The translations under genes were made by a program, and so were the position numbers. A stretch of 64,000 nt of DNA from Camelus dromedarius (lineage: Eukaryota), in NCBI RefSeq assembly GCF_036321535.1, contig NC_087472.1, positions 101,310,001 through 101,374,000 on the forward strand, given 5' to 3'. The first letter of the stretch is position 1; each line of letters opens with the position of its first letter. The notes under the pieces were generated by a model. It saw only the letters and a program-made list of their open reading frames with translations, made no database searches and was not told the DNA's origin. Below are positions 60,594-64,000 of this stretch, piece by piece.

Positions 60594-63082
60594 GGTTTTT
60601 ACAGCTTCAGATTCTATGATTTGCAAGAAATCTCCCTTCCCATCTCAGTAAAGTTTAGCATGGGAGAACAAGGTTATTTAAGTTTCTTACTTTGGAAACA
60701 GGCTATATTCTCCCTTCCCCCTATCCTCCATTCCTAATTCTCTTGGTCCTAGAGAAGAATTGCAAATTATTCCTCAATATCATTCTCCCAAAGGTTAGTT
60801 TGCAATATTTTCTGACATCCTGTTCCATCTTTGAAAAGATCAAAAAAGGCAAAATTTGACCTCCATTCATTCAGAGCGTTTTTGGGTAAATGATTTTCCA
60901 GTGCAGTGAGAGATGACTGTTTTCTTAATTTTGAATAGATGAAAATAGACACCAATCAACAAACCTTTGGCTAAGGGGAAAAATCTCTTTAACTCACATT
61001 TTGCTTCAATTACACTGAGGACAAAGGAGCGCATTGCACCCTGTGCATGAATAGATGCTTCATTATTCAAAACAAGCATCAAAGAGCATTCTGTCCCCTA
61101 TAGAAAATATGCAATCACTGTTTAATTCAATGGTAGAATGCAAATTTAAATTCCCAGAAGGGGAAGACTGTTAATGCCATTTAAATTGGTTGTAAATTAC
61201 AGATAATACGCTTGAGACCCCCGAATACAGATTAGTGGAGTATTGCTTTAGGAATTCAATTCTATTTTGAACTTACTGTGTATTTATATATGAAAAATAA
61301 AGCCATGAAGGCTTGTTTACAGATACATTTTATTGCGTATCTTTTTTATTTCTGAAGCAAATATTTCACTTTTAAATGCCATGGAGATGGTTCAGCGTAC
61401 TATAAGGAAATGCCATGTTAAAGACAGATTAGCACTCTCAGAGGCAGCTCCTCATTAAAAAACAATCAAAACAAAACAAACCTAAGACAGGGACACTACA
61501 ACGGAATTTAATCAAGATATCACACTAGCTGACTTTTCTATCTTTTTACCTCATTTCTATTGGTGTTCCTGTAGTTTAAAAATCCCAGAGTCACAAGACA
61601 ATCATGAGTTTCAGAAATTACAGGCTTTGATTATCTCTTGCCGCTTAAGTATATCAGCCACTTAGAAGTTGTTTCTCATTTTCACGGGTTAATTAATCAT
61701 GAGTGGGATGCCTGATGGGCAAGTCTTTGTTGGAAGGATTATTCCTTAAAAACAAGGGCCTTTCAGAAGGAGAAAGTGTTAGATAAAAATGGACACTTTT
61801 CAGCAAAGGTTTCAGAGCTCCCAGCTTGAAAAGTAGCAATTTCCCTTCCAGTTCATAGAAGTAAAAACAGTTTCCCCCTTGATGTGGTTTCATGTCTCAG
61901 GTAGGAAATAGGTCACTCGGGGTGATACAAATAAATCAGCTTCGAGCTCGTGTTCTCTCCCCTGGCAGCGTATGGGACATGTTTTTATTTTGTGTGTGAA
62001 ACTGAAAGGTATCAAAAAAAAGTTGCCATTGATATATACTAAGAGAATGGAGCCAAGCTACGGAACAATGGAGGAATGCCTAATTCATTATGCCAGAAAA
62101 TGGATTGTTACCATCAATACCACATGGAGTTAATCATTTCCAAAGAACTATAATGCCAAGTTATCCATAACACTGCACCTAAATGGAATAATGTTTTATT
62201 TTTTCTTTGATCTGTCAAAGGTGCTTCAAGCTTTGCCAGGACCTTAGTGACACTATCAACATTTCATTGTATAGTTCCTATGAATTACACAGGCCTTGTG
62301 ATATCCCGGAGGTTAATTGAATTTTTAAAATCCCTGGTATTATCTTGTTTACTTGTCATTTATTTATGCTTTGTAAAATAACACAGAACCTGCCCCCCTT
62401 TTCTTTTTCTGGCTATTTGCAATTAGCTTAAATGGGAGTTTTTTCTCTATACCTAAGAGTGAGGATGAGAACAGCCAGTTGAAACACAAAGCTTTAAAGA
62501 AAGGTGGATAAAATTCAGGTAATTTTTGCTGGTGTTGGGAGACTGACAAAATACGTGTATGTGTGGTGGGGGCGGGATCTTTCCACCTTTTCCTTGATAG
62601 GATTTGGGTTAGAATAGTCCTGATGCACATAAAAAAGTGAATGAGGAGACTCTGGATTTTGTTCTTAAGTCCTCAGTGCTCTGGGCATCTATACATCTTA
62701 AGCTTTATCAGGTGAGGCTGGAGGCTGGCCTCCTGCCCAAGCTGTGTCCACCTGCACCAGCAGTGAGTGATCAGCACAGTGATGGCCATTCATCTTTTCT
62801 CTCTGTCCTGGGGTTGGGTTTAGGGTGTGCACGCTCTTTCCCCTAGAAGCCATGGACCAGTATTCCAATATGGTGGGTGGGCAATGCCAGCCTGCTCTCA
62901 ATCCCCATATCCTGGCCCCAGCCCGCCAAGCTAACAAGAACAGTGAGGCAGGGCAGTACAAGTGCCAGCCTGGGGGGCCATGGGACCTGAGTTCTTGCCT
63001 GGCCTCTGTCATCTTTTTTTAATCAGATTTCTGGGTCTCAGTAGAAGGTGATGTTTCCTTATCTTGAAAGCAAGGAGGGCCA

Positions 63083-63270
63083 TTCATTTTAACTAACATT
63101 TGGTGAGCACCTAGCACATACAAGACTCTGCCCTGGATCCTGGACAAAAATAAAAGTAAGACATGATTCCTTTCCTCAAGGGATTCAAAGTGAAGAACCT
63201 GGGCAGTGTAGACAAACTTGGAGACAGATAATGCAGTAAGTTCTTAATCCTGTATAAACAGAATACTGTC
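63083..63270 (-). mobile_element. L2 3' end fragment
   Basis: ttcattttaactaacatttggtgagcacct...aagacatgattcctttcctcaaggg. Confidence 0.55.
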
Positions 63271-63271
63271 A

Positions 63272-63480
63272 AAGCATAGAGCATAGCCATTAAAAGCACA
63301 TGCTTTCCAGCCAGACTGCTTGAGTTCAAGATCTGGCTTTGCCTCTATAAGCTGTGTGACCTTGAGCAAATTACTTAATCTCTCTGTGCCTCAGTGTCTC
63401 ATCTTTCAAATGGAGGTGATAATTCTACCTGCCTCTTCAGATTATTCAAGCAATTATGACAGTGCCTAGTATGTAATGAT
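63272..63480 (+). mobile_element. MIR
   Basis: agccagactgcttgagttcaagatctggc...agctgtgtgaccttgagcaaattacttaatctctctgtgcctcagt. Confidence 0.88.
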
Positions 63481-64000
63481 CTCTACCTATATTCATATAT
63501 AATGATAATGTTCTAGAATTCTCATAAGTCCATGGGGCTGCAAAGGAACTAGTGAAAGAAAGGGAATCCTTAATTTAAAAAAAAATCTAACTGCATTTCC
63601 AAGAGAATGAAGATGAATAAGCATATTCCATGCTTATTAGGTATCAGTTGGTTCACTAACATCCCTGCTCCCCTTGGGTGCCCATAAGTCAGCGTCCAGG
63701 CTGCCAAGCAGGAGTGTTTGGCACGGTTAGGGGTGTTCTGCATTAAGACTAGGGAAGGACCATTCTTTGATCTGCCACCAGCTCCCAGGGAACACACACG
63801 GAGAAGCTAACCATCTCCTTGCCCACCCGGCTCGGGCAGACCGTGGGAGAGAAGTCTGCAACAGGAACATTTTTGGGCCTCACTGATTCCTGTGCCTGAG
63901 AGGGAAAGTAGGAGGGTGAGTAGGTCTTTATGCTTGGAAGTTGCAAACATGAAGGCAGAACTTGGCCCTGGCAGGAATGAGAGCCATGGGGCTGGCTGGA

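Noticed and set aside
1..64000. CRISPR arrays, operons, rRNA, snoRNA or processed pseudogenes of host genes
   Set aside because: None seen; the sequence is eukaryotic, repeat-rich non-coding DNA, and the remaining short ORFs are consistent with chance

Overview
Mammalian genomic DNA, AT-rich and CpG-depleted, most likely from a camelid: it carries a tRNA-derived Vic-1-like SINE and artiodactyl-type L1s, and I saw no BovB, CHR, PRE or Alu elements. It looks like a large intron or intergenic region. I recognise no host protein-coding gene. A large part of the window is interspersed repeats: a decayed full-length L1 (27475-35197, minus) with a younger L1 nested inside it, several 5'-truncated L1s with visible target-site duplications (TSDs), an ERVL pol/dUTPase fossil, MaLR/ERVL solo LTRs, hAT/Tigger MITEs, and MIR, L2 and L3/CR1 relics. 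Repeat-poor stretches carry motif clusters that may be enhancers. Repeat family names are from my recall of consensus sequences, not from a search, and boundaries without a TSD are approximate. I found no convincing novel multi-gene system. The most notable items are: an L1 with an 87-bp TSD; two successive L1 insertions at the same homologous ORF2 site; a ~60-bp L1 insertion with an apparent micro 3' transduction; and a strong orphan 93-bp exon just beyond the L1 5' UTR.
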